From an uncultured Thiobacillus sp. (GTDB lineage: Bacteria > Pseudomonadota > Gammaproteobacteria > Burkholderiales > Thiobacillaceae), in contig CAZONS010000002.1 in the NCBI GenBank assembly GCA_964581195.1, positions 1 through 34,490 on the forward strand: a DNA stretch of 34,490 bases. Direction: 5' to 3'. The position numbers were made by a program, and so were the translations under genes. Positions 19,195 to 26,591 of the stretch are shown here, one piece after another. Position 1 is the stretch's first letter. Every line of letters begins with the position of its first letter. A model generated the notes under the pieces. The model was not told the origin of the DNA, ran no database searches, and saw only the letters and a list, made by a program, of their open reading frames with translations.

Positions 19195-19496
19195 GCCTGG
19201 TTCAGCTCACCCTGGTGGCGCCGTCCAGCCTGGAGGAAGCCCTGGCCGAATACCTGCTCGCGCACCCGGAATGGGGTGGGGCCTTCACCCTGGTGAAGGC
19301 CGAAGGGCGAGGCAGTCGCGGCCATGCCCTGACGCCGCAGGAACAGGTGCGCGGCCGCGTCGCCCGCACCAAGTTCAAGATCGTGCTGGAAGCGGAGGCC
19401 TCCGGCCGTCTGCTGGAAGAACTGAAACGCGCCTTCCCCAAGCGGGACGTGGCCTACTGGCTGACGCCGGTGATCGAATTCGGGAGATTGGGATGA
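19191..19496 (+). CDS. Small cytoplasmic protein, likely DUF3240-like (beta-alpha-beta, PII/CutA-like size), embedded in the RND operon
   Basis: 101 aa, MSLVQLTLVAPSSLEEALAEYLLAHP... It forms the last 306 nt of the otherwise spurious frame 17997..19496. It has ATGA start/stop overlaps with both the pump gene (19191-19194) and the outer-membrane factor gene (19493-19496). Confidence 0.7.
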   Translation: MSLVQLTLVAPSSLEEALAEYLLAHPEWGGAFTLVKAEGRGSRGHALTPQEQVRGRVARTKFKIVLEAEASGRLLEELKRAFPKRDVAYWLTPVIEFGRLG

Positions 19497-20824
19497 AACG
19501 GTTTTTGACACCCCCCCGTAGCCCGGATGCGGCGCGGCGGAATCCGGGGAACGTGAACGCTCCCGGATTCCGCTATCGCTACATCCGGGCTACGGCTGGG
19601 CTGTGGCTGTTGTTGAGCGGCCTCGCCCACGCCGGCGCGGAGCTTCCGGCGCCGGTAGACCTGCCGCCGCTGACCGCGGTCGAGGCGGTTCTGGAAGCGC
19701 ATCCGTCCGTCCGCGCCGCCCAGGCGCGGGTCGCGGCGGCGCGCGCGGAAGGGCGCCAGCTCAAGGCCGGGGAGCATGAATATCAGGCCAGCGCCGGGTA
19801 TACCCGGCGCCGCGAAAGCGGTATCGGCAGCATGAATGATTGGGAGATCGGCATCGAACGCGGCCTGCGTTTGCCTGGCAAGACGAAGCTGGATCTGGAG
19901 ATGGGCGCCACCCTGGTGGCCATCGCCGAGGAGCGGGTGGGCGATGCCCGCCACGAAGCCGCGCGCGACCTGCTCGCCACCTGGTACGGCGCCCTGCGCG
20001 CCCAGGCCGAGGTCCAGGCCTGGCGCGAGCAGGCGGCCTTGCTGAAGCGGCAGCGCGAGGTGGTGGAAAAGCGGATCAAGGCGGGCGATGCCGCGCGCAT
20101 GGAACGCGCGCAGGCGGACGCCGCCCTGCGTCAGGCGGAAGCCGAAACCCGACGCGGTGAAACGGCGGCGGCGGAAGCCGCGGCCAGCCTCGCCACGCGT
20201 TTCCCGGGCCTGCCATCGCCGGCCGTCCAGCCCGGCGACCTGCCGCGACCGTCCGGCGCCGCCGACGATTGGGTGGCGGCGGCGCTGGAACACAATCATG
20301 AGCTCGCCATTCTCAACCGGGAGGCCGAGCGCATGCGCATCCAGGCGCGGCGGCAGCGGGCCGATCTCCTGCCCGACCCCACGCTGGGCCTGCGTTTCTC
20401 GCGCGAACGCGATGGTCAGGACAATCTGCTCGGTCTGAGCCTCACCCTGCCGCTGCCCGGTGACAATCGCCGCGCGCGGGTGGACATGAGCACGCAGGAA
20501 GCCGCGGCCCTGGCACAGGAGGAAGCCGCCACGCGGGCGCGCATCGAAGGGGAGATACGCATTCTCCATGCCCGCGTGCAGGGCACCCTGAGTCGACTGG
20601 AGTCCCAGGAAGAAATGGCGCGGCAACTGGACGGCTACGCCGATCTGGCCTGGCGCGCCTACCAGATGGGCGAGACGCCGCTCTGGGAAGCGCTAAATGC
20701 GCGCAAGGGGGTTCGCGATGCCCGCCGCGAGGCGTTGCTCTCCCGGCTCGACGTCCACGAGGCCGCCGCCCGCCTGCTGCTGGACAGCCATATGCTGTGG
20801 CCGATGCGGGAAGACCATCACTGA
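19493..20824 (+). CDS. Outer-membrane efflux factor (TolC/CzcC family)
   Basis: The internal ATG of ORF 19271..20824 is coupled to the upstream stop. Hydrophobic segment LWLLLSGLAHAGA, then paired coiled-coil repeats typical of the OEP family. The exact start is uncertain because a REP lies between the ATG and the signal-peptide core. Confidence 0.8.
   Translation: MKRFLTPPRSPDAARRNPGNVNAPGFRYRYIRATAGLWLLLSGLAHAGAELPAPVDLPPLTAVEAVLEAHPSVRAAQARVAAARAEGRQLKAGEHEYQASAGYTRRRESGIGSMNDWEIGIERGLRLPGKTKLDLEMGATLVAIAEERVGDARHEAARDLLATWYGALRAQAEVQAWREQAALLKRQREVVEKRIKAGDAARMERAQADAALRQAEAETRRGETAAAEAAASLATRFPGLPSPAVQPGDLPRPSGAADDWVAAALEHNHELAILNREAERMRIQARRQRADLLPDPTLGLRFSRERDGQDNLLGLSLTLPLPGDNRRARVDMSTQEAAALAQEEAATRARIEGEIRILHARVQGTLSRLESQEEMARQLDGYADLAWRAYQMGETPLWEALNARKGVRDARREALLSRLDVHEAAARLLLDSHMLWPMREDHH
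19518..19593. repeat. REP family A palindrome (76 bp) inside the 5' end of the outer-membrane factor CDS
   Basis: GTAGCCCGGATGCGGCGCGGCGGAATCCGGGG, a spacer, then CCCGGATTCCGCTATCGCTACATCCGGGCTAC. It translates in frame as RSPDAARRNPGNVNAPGFRYRYIRAT. Confidence 0.85.
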
Positions 20825-20894
20825 CCGCCGCCTCGCATGTCGAGCCGGCCTGGCCAGCCGGACACGGCGGCGGTTTCATGCCTCGCGGGTCTGG

Positions 20895-21063
20895 CTAGGA
20901 GCCTGTCGGACTTTGGAATCTCCGGCTGCAAAGCAACCGCGTCGGCCCCTTTTTCGCCCATTTCTTGAGCAATGGTTCGACCATTCCCCAGCGAAATGGT
21001 CAAAAAATGGCCTCGGCGGGGCCGCTTTTCGCTATCGGATCCCAAAGTCCGACAGGCTCCTAG
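20895..21063. mobile_element. MITE-like 169-bp element, copy 1 (26-bp terminal inverted repeats, long imperfect hairpin)
   Basis: Left end CTAGGAGCCTGTCGGACTTTGGAATC. Right end GATCCCAAAGTCCGACAGGCTCCTAG (25 of 26 complementary). Internal arms are also self-complementary (CCATTTC/GAAATGG, AATGG-ttcga-CCATT). It has no coding capacity. Confidence 0.6.
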
Positions 21064-21228
21064 CAGCCTGTCGGACTTTGGAATCGTCGGCTGCAAACCG
21101 ACCGCGACGGCCCCTTTTTCACCGGCTTCTTGCCCCATAGAGTGACTATGCGGCGGCAAATCCGGCAAAAAATGGGCTCGCCGGGGCCGATTTTCGCTAT
21201 CGACGACCAAAGTCCGACAGGCTGCTAG
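21060..21228. mobile_element. MITE-like 169-bp element, copy 2, abutting copy 1 through a shared CTAG
   Basis: Ends CTAGCAGCCTGTCGGACTTTGGAATC and GACCAAAGTCCGACAGGCTGCTAG. Same length as copy 1. The outer roughly 60 nt on each side are conserved. The central roughly 45 nt differ but are again self-complementary (CATAG-agtga-CTATG, CCGG..TTGCC/GGCAA..CCGG). Confidence 0.6.
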
Positions 21229-21269
21229 GCGCGACACTCATGCAACCCGCGAGAGTCCGCGTCGAGCGG

Positions 21270-22196
21270 TCAAAGCGCGAACTCCTCGTCGTAAGGGGTC
21301 TCGCCCGCCACCACCGGCAGGGTGAAGGCGCGATCCCAGATGCCCCAGCCGCCGTCGAGCACGCGCACGTCCTGATAGCCCAGCGACTTCAGTTGCAGCC
21401 AGCCCAGGCTCATGCGGAAGCCGTCGTGGCAGTAGAGATAGACGGTCTTGTCCTTGGGCACATCCTTGTACAGGGCCGCCAGGCGCGCCGCATCGAACCA
21501 TTTCTGGCTCTGGCCATCGGTGCCGTCCAGGCTGACCACGTTGAGGGCGCCGGGAATATGGCCGCCCTGCACCGCATGCTTGATGACCGCGCCGGTGTAC
21601 ATGCCGTGCGGGCGGGCATCCACCAGCACCACCTTGGGGTCACGGCGGGACAACACATCGTCATAGACCTGCTGCCATTGCACAAATAACGCGCCATTGG
21701 CCGGCTTCAGCGTGACCTTGCCCGCACTGGGCGCGGGCGTGGCTTCCTTTGTCAGGTCATTGAAGGCAGCCCATTCCTGGCCGCCACCGTCGAGAATTCT
21801 GACCCGGCTCATATCGAAACCGTATAAGTCGAGCAGGTAATACAGCCGCGCGGTCAGCGCCGAGCGGGAATCGTCATACAGCACGACGGTGGAATCGTCG
21901 TCCACGCCCCAGCCGCGCAGGGTGGCCTGGAAGGTCTCGCGCGAGGGAAACAGCATGATGGAGCGCCCCGCGTTGTCGCCCAGATCCTTGAAACGCCGTA
22001 CCTGGATGGCGCCGGGAATGTGGCCCACGGTGAAATGGCGATGCGGGTGATAACGCACTTCCAGGATCACCAGTTTGGGGTTTCTGGACTTCTCCGCGGC
22101 CAGCCAGTCGGCGTCCACCAGGAAGGAACGGTCGGCGAAGACCGGGGTGGCGAGAAAGGTGGCCAGGGTAGCCAGGAGGAAAAGCCATTTGCGCAT
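21270..22196 (-). CDS. Periplasmic two-domain rhodanese (thiosulfate/3-mercaptopyruvate sulfurtransferase-like)
   Basis: 308 aa. Signal peptide MRKWLFLLATLATFLATPVFA. It has two rhodanese modules, and the C-terminal one carries the active-site loop YCHDGFRMS. AGAGGTG lies upstream of the ATG. Confidence 0.85.
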   Translation of the reverse strand: MRKWLFLLATLATFLATPVFADRSFLVDADWLAAEKSRNPKLVILEVRYHPHRHFTVGHIPGAIQVRRFKDLGDNAGRSIMLFPSRETFQATLRGWGVDDDSTVVLYDDSRSALTARLYYLLDLYGFDMSRVRILDGGGQEWAAFNDLTKEATPAPSAGKVTLKPANGALFVQWQQVYDDVLSRRDPKVVLVDARPHGMYTGAVIKHAVQGGHIPGALNVVSLDGTDGQSQKWFDAARLAALYKDVPKDKTVYLYCHDGFRMSLGWLQLKSLGYQDVRVLDGGWGIWDRAFTLPVVAGETPYDEEFAL

Positions 22197-22207
22197 GTCG
22201 CACCTCT

Positions 22208-22232
22208 AAAAAAACGCGGCCCAAGGGCCGCG
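22208..22232 (-). terminator. Rho-independent terminator after the porin gene, immediately upstream of the rhodanese RBS
   Basis: The minus strand reads CGCGGCCC-TT-GGGCCGCG followed by T7. It lies 30 nt downstream of the porin stop (22263) and 12 nt upstream of the rhodanese ATG. Confidence 0.75.
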
Positions 22233-22262
22233 CAAACCTGAAGGAATGAAATTGCGTAACGC

Positions 22263-23471
22263 TCAATAGCCAAATTTCGCGTTGATGCCGAGGGTGAGCG
22301 TCTGGTAATCCTTGGCCGCGGTGGTGCCATAGGCGTCTTCGGCGCGATCCACCCAGGCGGCGAACAGTTCGGAACTCTTGGTCAGCGCGTACTTCGCGCC
22401 CAGCGTCCAGGTATCGATGTCGCGGTTGCTGTATTGCGTGGCATCGCGGTTCTGGCCGTAAGCGGCGATCAGCGTGGTCTTGCCGAGCTTGTAGGTGCCG
22501 TTGAGATAGACGTTCTTGCCCAGGCCCAGGCCCTGCACATCCTCGTACAGGGCGGCGATGGACCCGTCGCCCAGCTTGTAGCGCGCGGCGATTTGCCAGC
22601 CCGAATCGTTGTGCAGTTTGGTGTTGGCCACGAAAGGAGCGCCGGAGCCGATACGGTTGGCATCGACCTCGATCCAGTCGACACCCACGAACAGCTTGCC
22701 CTCTTCGAACTTGACGCCCAGACCCCTGGCCTCCCCGCCCTGGAAGTCGGAAATCGGGCCGGCATCATGCATGCTGCTGTTTTCGCCATCCAGCTGGGTG
22801 GACAGCCAGGCACCCACCTTGAAGCCGTTCAGGCTGGGCGAGAGATACTCCATGGTGTTGGTGAAATAGCTGGAATGCAGCGCCGAGGAGCCCTGGCGAC
22901 CGCCGTATCCACGGGATTGGGGCGCGTTGTCGTTCCAGGGGTCGATGGCGGTCAGCGTGGTTTTGTAGGGCACGTCGATGCGGCCCAGACGCGCCTGGCC
23001 CCAGCCGCCCTTGAGGCCGGCATAGCCCTCGCGCCACTGGATGTCATTGACGGTGTTGTCGGCCGCGCCGTACAGAATCTCCGCCTTGTAGATCATGCTG
23101 GTGTCACCCAGGCTGGTGGGGATCTCGCCCGTGATCCCGAAGCGGGAGGCGTTGCTCTTCACCGTCGAGCCGGAACTGCCGGCACCGAAGTCGTCCGAAT
23201 AGTTGTCCGCCGACAAGCGCAATTGGCCATACAGCTTCACGGCCTTGGCGCGGGCCTTGTCTTCCGCCTCGGACTTCTCGACCTGGGCCGTCACCTTCTC
23301 CTGTTTCTCGCCCTGTGCCGCGAGTTTCTTGCTCAACGTTTCGATCTGCGTCTGCATCTGCCGCATCTGGTCCTGCATCTGCTTGAGCAAGGCGGCATCA
23401 TCGGCGATCGCCGGGAGGGAAAGACCCGCGGCCAGCACGGCGGCCGGAATGGGATTGAGTTTGAACGGCAT
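22263..23471 (-). CDS. Gram-negative porin with an N-terminal coiled-coil extension
   Basis: 402 aa. Signal peptide MPFKLNPIPAAVLAAGLSLPAIA. About 60 aa of heptad-like sequence follow (LLKQMQDQMRQMQTQIETLSKKLAAQGEKQEKV). The rest alternates amphipathic beta-strands and ends in an aromatic residue (..INAKFGY). AAGAGGAG is the RBS. Confidence 0.8.
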   Translation of the reverse strand: MPFKLNPIPAAVLAAGLSLPAIADDAALLKQMQDQMRQMQTQIETLSKKLAAQGEKQEKVTAQVEKSEAEDKARAKAVKLYGQLRLSADNYSDDFGAGSSGSTVKSNASRFGITGEIPTSLGDTSMIYKAEILYGAADNTVNDIQWREGYAGLKGGWGQARLGRIDVPYKTTLTAIDPWNDNAPQSRGYGGRQGSSALHSSYFTNTMEYLSPSLNGFKVGAWLSTQLDGENSSMHDAGPISDFQGGEARGLGVKFEEGKLFVGVDWIEVDANRIGSGAPFVANTKLHNDSGWQIAARYKLGDGSIAALYEDVQGLGLGKNVYLNGTYKLGKTTLIAAYGQNRDATQYSNRDIDTWTLGAKYALTKSSELFAAWVDRAEDAYGTTAAKDYQTLTLGINAKFGY

Positions 23472-23682
23472 GGATGACTCCTCTTGGATGGAAAACCCCG
23501 ATCACCCAGGTGGGTGGGGCTGAAAACCGCCAGCGGCAGTACCTGGAATGGATCGCGCGGCGTCCCGGCTGCTGCGTCGGCCAGCGCTTCCTGATGATTT
23601 CGACGCTGCGCGCGTCGGCAACCCTGTCGACGGCGGTTTGCCGGGAAGGGGCGAATGTAGTGGCGGCCGGTGGCCGGCCATA

Positions 23683-23694
23683 TGATCGTAATCA
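23683..23694. promoter_or_regulatory. Possible Crp/Fnr-type box TGAT-N4-ATCA
   Basis: TGATCGTAATCA overlaps the stop codon of the Crp/Fnr-family gene, about 210 nt upstream of the porin ATG. These are half-sites only, not the full TTGAT-N4-ATCAA. Confidence 0.2.
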
Positions 23695-24324
23695 GTCGTG
23701 GCCATGCAGCAGACGCAGCTGACCGTCGGTCCGTCGCAGCATCCCCTCGTTTTCGAGCACGGCCAGGACGCGATACAGCGTTTCCCGCTCCAGGCCCAAT
23801 TCGGGCGCCAGTTCGGAGAGGGGGGCGGTCCAGGACACGACGCCATCGGCGCCGCCTTCGCAGGCGAGGAAATGCAGTACGCGGTCGCGGGCGCGTTTCA
23901 GGCGCAAGCGTTCCTGCCGTGAGCATTGCTTGCGGGCCTGCCGCGCGATGGCCATGCAGAATGCATACGCCAGGCTCTCCTCGCCCCCCAGCGCCGCGCG
24001 CAGCATGTCGACGGGCACCAGGGAGACCCGCGTCGGCTCGACGGCAATGCCGTCGCAGCGGTAGTGACTGTCCGCCAGGCTGGATTCGGCGAACATTTCA
24101 CCCGCGCGGGCACGCAGCATCACGCATTCGGAACCGTCCGCCTGATGTCGTATCGCCTTCAATTCGCCTTCCCGCACGATGACGACATGGCGAACGGGAT
24201 CACCCTGGCGGAACAGCGACTCGCCCCGGCCCAGTTCACGTGTCTGCGCCTGGTCCAGGAAATCGGCCGGCAGGGGCGTGAGCAGGGGAGGGGTGGGCAA
24301 CGGGAAATCGGGCATGGAGGTCAT
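23692..24324 (-). CDS. Crp/Fnr-family transcriptional regulator (cNMP-binding-like domain plus HTH)
   Basis: 210 aa. Beta-roll segment LFRQGDPVRHVVIVREGELKA and C-terminal HTH PLSELAPELGLERETLYRVLAVLENEGML. It has no N-terminal Fnr-type Cys cluster. Confidence 0.8.
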   Translation of the reverse strand: MTSMPDFPLPTPPLLTPLPADFLDQAQTRELGRGESLFRQGDPVRHVVIVREGELKAIRHQADGSECVMLRARAGEMFAESSLADSHYRCDGIAVEPTRVSLVPVDMLRAALGGEESLAYAFCMAIARQARKQCSRQERLRLKRARDRVLHFLACEGGADGVVSWTAPLSELAPELGLERETLYRVLAVLENEGMLRRTDGQLRLLHGHD

Positions 24325-24620
24325 CGTGGGATCGGGGTCGTCCCTTACGCGAGTTCCGTGCCAGCCAATGATTGCCTTGGAAACAGCGCGTTACGGCGTG
24401 TTCGCCGCGGGCTCCAGGACAGAGGAATGCAAGGGTCGTGCATTTCGCAAGAGTCACGTACCCCGTGTCGGATTCCAGCCGCCCCGCTTCCCCGGTGCAA
24501 ATGGCCTGGCGCGCTGGTTCGTTCGGCCCTTGGGCATGTCTCGTGGAAACCTTTACCCTTGCCCCCCCCGCGACGCGGCGCCTTCCCGTGTCGTCCGCTT
24601 GCTCACGACGGAGATCCACG

Positions 24621-25274
24621 ATGCAAGAGATGCAAATCGCCATCGAGGTGCTGAAACACGGCGGCGCCATCATCTACCCGCTGCTCGCCCTGGCGCTGGC
24701 CGCGCTGGTGGTCATCCTGGACAAGACCCTCGTCTACCGCCGCCACGCCCGCCTGCCGGAAGCCCTGCGCCAGTTGGTGGAAACCTACGGCTTCAGCTGG
24801 ACGGACCTGGAAAGACAGCTCGTCGAGCTGGGGCCGCGCAACTATTTCGGCCGCTTCTTCGGCACCATCATGGACAACCGCACCAAGCCCGCGTGGTGGG
24901 TGGAATCCCGCGCCGGGGATGAGGCGCAACAGATCGAGAAATCGCTGAGCCGGGGGTTGTGGGTGCTGGAAACGGTGGTGACCGCCGCCCCCCTGCTGGG
25001 CCTGCTCGGGACCATTCTGGGCATGATGCAGTCCTTCAGGCTGATCGGCCCCGCCGGCCTGGTGGACCCGGGTGGCGTGACCGCGGGCGTGGCCGAGGCG
25101 CTGATCGCCACGGCGGTGGGCCTGCTCATCGCCCTGGTCGCGCTGTTCGCCTACAACTACCTGTCCCGTCTCCAGTCCCAGACTCTGGACGAAATGGAGC
25201 GCCTGGGGACGCGCATGCTCGATCACATCCGCCTGGATGCCCAGGCCAGCGGAGGCGGCCATGAAGCTGCGTAG
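24621..25274 (+). CDS. exbB: MotA/TolQ/ExbB-family proton channel
   Basis: Internal ATG of ORF 24372..25274, preceded by GGAG. APLLGLLGTILGMMQSF and GVAEALIATAVGLLIALVALFAYN are the conserved TM2/TM3 signatures. Confidence 0.85.
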   Translation: MQEMQIAIEVLKHGGAIIYPLLALALAALVVILDKTLVYRRHARLPEALRQLVETYGFSWTDLERQLVELGPRNYFGRFFGTIMDNRTKPAWWVESRAGDEAQQIEKSLSRGLWVLETVVTAAPLLGLLGTILGMMQSFRLIGPAGLVDPGGVTAGVAEALIATAVGLLIALVALFAYNYLSRLQSQTLDEMERLGTRMLDHIRLDAQASGGGHEAA

Positions 25275-25665
25275 AAGCCGTCAGTCCCGGCGGGGGCGCA
25301 TCGAGATCATTCCCATGATCGACGTGATGTTCTTCTTGCTGGCCACCTTCATGCTGGCGTCCCTGTCCATGCGGCAGCTCGATGCGGTCCAGGTCAACCT
25401 GCCCCAGGGCGCGGCCGAGCCGATGCAGGCCAGGACACCGGTGACCCTGACGGTGACGCCGGACGGCAAGCTGTTCCTGGACAAGGCCCCGGTCACCCTG
25501 GACAGCCTGGCCCCCACCCTGAAGACGATGCTGGACGCCGCCGATCCCAAGGTGATCGTCGCCGCCGACGATGCGGCGCCCAACGGCGTCATCGTCCAGG
25601 CCATGCTGAAAGCCCGGGAGGCCGGGGCGCGACATTTCCTGATCGCCGTCCAGCATGGCCAGTAA
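25261..25665 (+). CDS. exbD: ExbD/TolR-family protein
   Basis: MKLRRSRQSRRGRIEIIPMIDVMFFLLATFM is the canonical ExbD N-terminus with the conserved Asp in the TM. It overlaps the exbB 3' end by 14 nt. Confidence 0.85.
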   Translation: MKLRRSRQSRRGRIEIIPMIDVMFFLLATFMLASLSMRQLDAVQVNLPQGAAEPMQARTPVTLTVTPDGKLFLDKAPVTLDSLAPTLKTMLDAADPKVIVAADDAAPNGVIVQAMLKAREAGARHFLIAVQHGQ

Positions 25666-26524
25666 GGCCGCCGGCTACGACTGGCGCCTGGACAGCCCCT
25701 GGCGGCGCCTGCCGCTGACGCTGCCCGGCGCCGTCCTCGTCGGCCTGTTCGGTCTCTGGATCGGCGCCGCGTTCCTGCCGGAGACGCCGCCGCCCGTGGT
25801 TGAAACGCCTCCCCTCGATGCCCGGTTCATCACGTTGCCGCCGCCGCCCGAGGTCGTCGCCAAGCCGGATCGCACCCCGCCGCCGCGTGAGCGGGACATC
25901 CCGCCCGAGGCCGCGTCCGACCTCCCGCCCGCGACGGTGAACACACCCGCTTCGCTGGATGCGCCCCCCGCGCCCTCCGCCGAGGAATGGGGGCTCGCCG
26001 CCACCTACACCCTCAAGAACAGCAAGCGTTACCGCAACAACTGGGGACAACTGGTGCGCAGCATGATGGGCACGGCGGTCGAAGGGCCCGATCAGGGCAT
26101 GGTCCGCTTCCGGATCGAGATCGCCCCCGACGGCAAGGTCGCCAAGATCGAGGAACTCTGGTCCACCTCGGAGAAGGCCTCGCAACTTGCCTGGCAGGCC
26201 ATCCGCAACCTGCCGCCCACTCCCCCCACGCCGACGGGCAAGCCCCTCGTCTTCGAGAAGACCATTTCGTTCCTGCCCTACGAGACGGGATGGCCGCCTT
26301 CCTACAAGAACGACTGCCTGCCGGACCCGCCCAGGTTCAACAACCCGTTTGCCTGGGATGGCACCTCTCCCCGCCCGGTCATCGGGGCGCGACCGGCAGG
26401 TGATGTCGTCCCGGACAATGCGTCTTCCGAGGCGGAATGTGATCCCACCTCGACCGCGGATTCCATCGAAGAGGAGGAGGGCGAGTTGAGGCGTCAGATG
26501 GAGCGCAATCGCTGGGGACGTTGA
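25655..26524 (+). CDS. TonB-like energy transducer with an extra C-terminal extension of about 80 aa
   Basis: N-terminal TM LPLTLPGAVLVGLFGLWIGAAFL. Pro-rich spacer (PETPPPVVETPPLD..LPPPPEVVAKPDRTPPPRERDIPPE). TonB_C-like segment GMVRFRIEIAPDGKVAKIEELWSTS...GKPLVFEKTISF. Then an unusual tail with 2 Cys and an acidic end (SIEEEEGELRRQ). Confidence 0.7.
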   Translation: MASKAAGYDWRLDSPWRRLPLTLPGAVLVGLFGLWIGAAFLPETPPPVVETPPLDARFITLPPPPEVVAKPDRTPPPRERDIPPEAASDLPPATVNTPASLDAPPAPSAEEWGLAATYTLKNSKRYRNNWGQLVRSMMGTAVEGPDQGMVRFRIEIAPDGKVAKIEELWSTSEKASQLAWQAIRNLPPTPPTPTGKPLVFEKTISFLPYETGWPPSYKNDCLPDPPRFNNPFAWDGTSPRPVIGARPAGDVVPDNASSEAECDPTSTADSIEEEEGELRRQMERNRWGR

Positions 26525-26591
26525 GCGGCGGTTGCCTGACCGCGGCCCTCGACGCCCCTGGACCGCTCATGCCGCCGCCGGGATCCGTCGA

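Noticed and set aside
20697-21237. ORFs 20697..21140 (+) and 20818..21237 (-) spanning the region after the outer-membrane factor gene
   Set aside because: They read through the two MITE-like hairpin elements and give mirrored peptides such as ACRTLES/LLGACRTLGS. There is no RBS or start context and no coding periodicity.
20825-21269. Whether the window contains an integrated prophage, genomic island or defence island
   Set aside because: No integrase, transposase, recombinase, tRNA attachment site, phage structural gene or recognisable defence gene other than vapBC is visible. The repeats are non-autonomous REP/MITE types. GC content looks uniform apart from the short promoter region at about 33540-33660.
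24366-24376. Fur-box-like AATGATTGCC upstream of the exbB operon
   Set aside because: Only about half of one hexamer pair of the 19-bp Fur consensus (GATAATGATAATCATTATC) is present, and there is no dyad partner.
24507-24521. Possible sigma54 promoter TGGCGCGCTGGTTCG about 100 nt upstream of exbB; I also looked upstream of the cytochrome, dsbC-like and phnD-like genes
   Set aside because: The -24 GG is present, but the essential -12 GC in TTGC is replaced (TTCG). No other site in the window matches TGGCAC-N5-TTGC on either strand by eye, so no target of the NtrC-type regulator can be claimed from this window.
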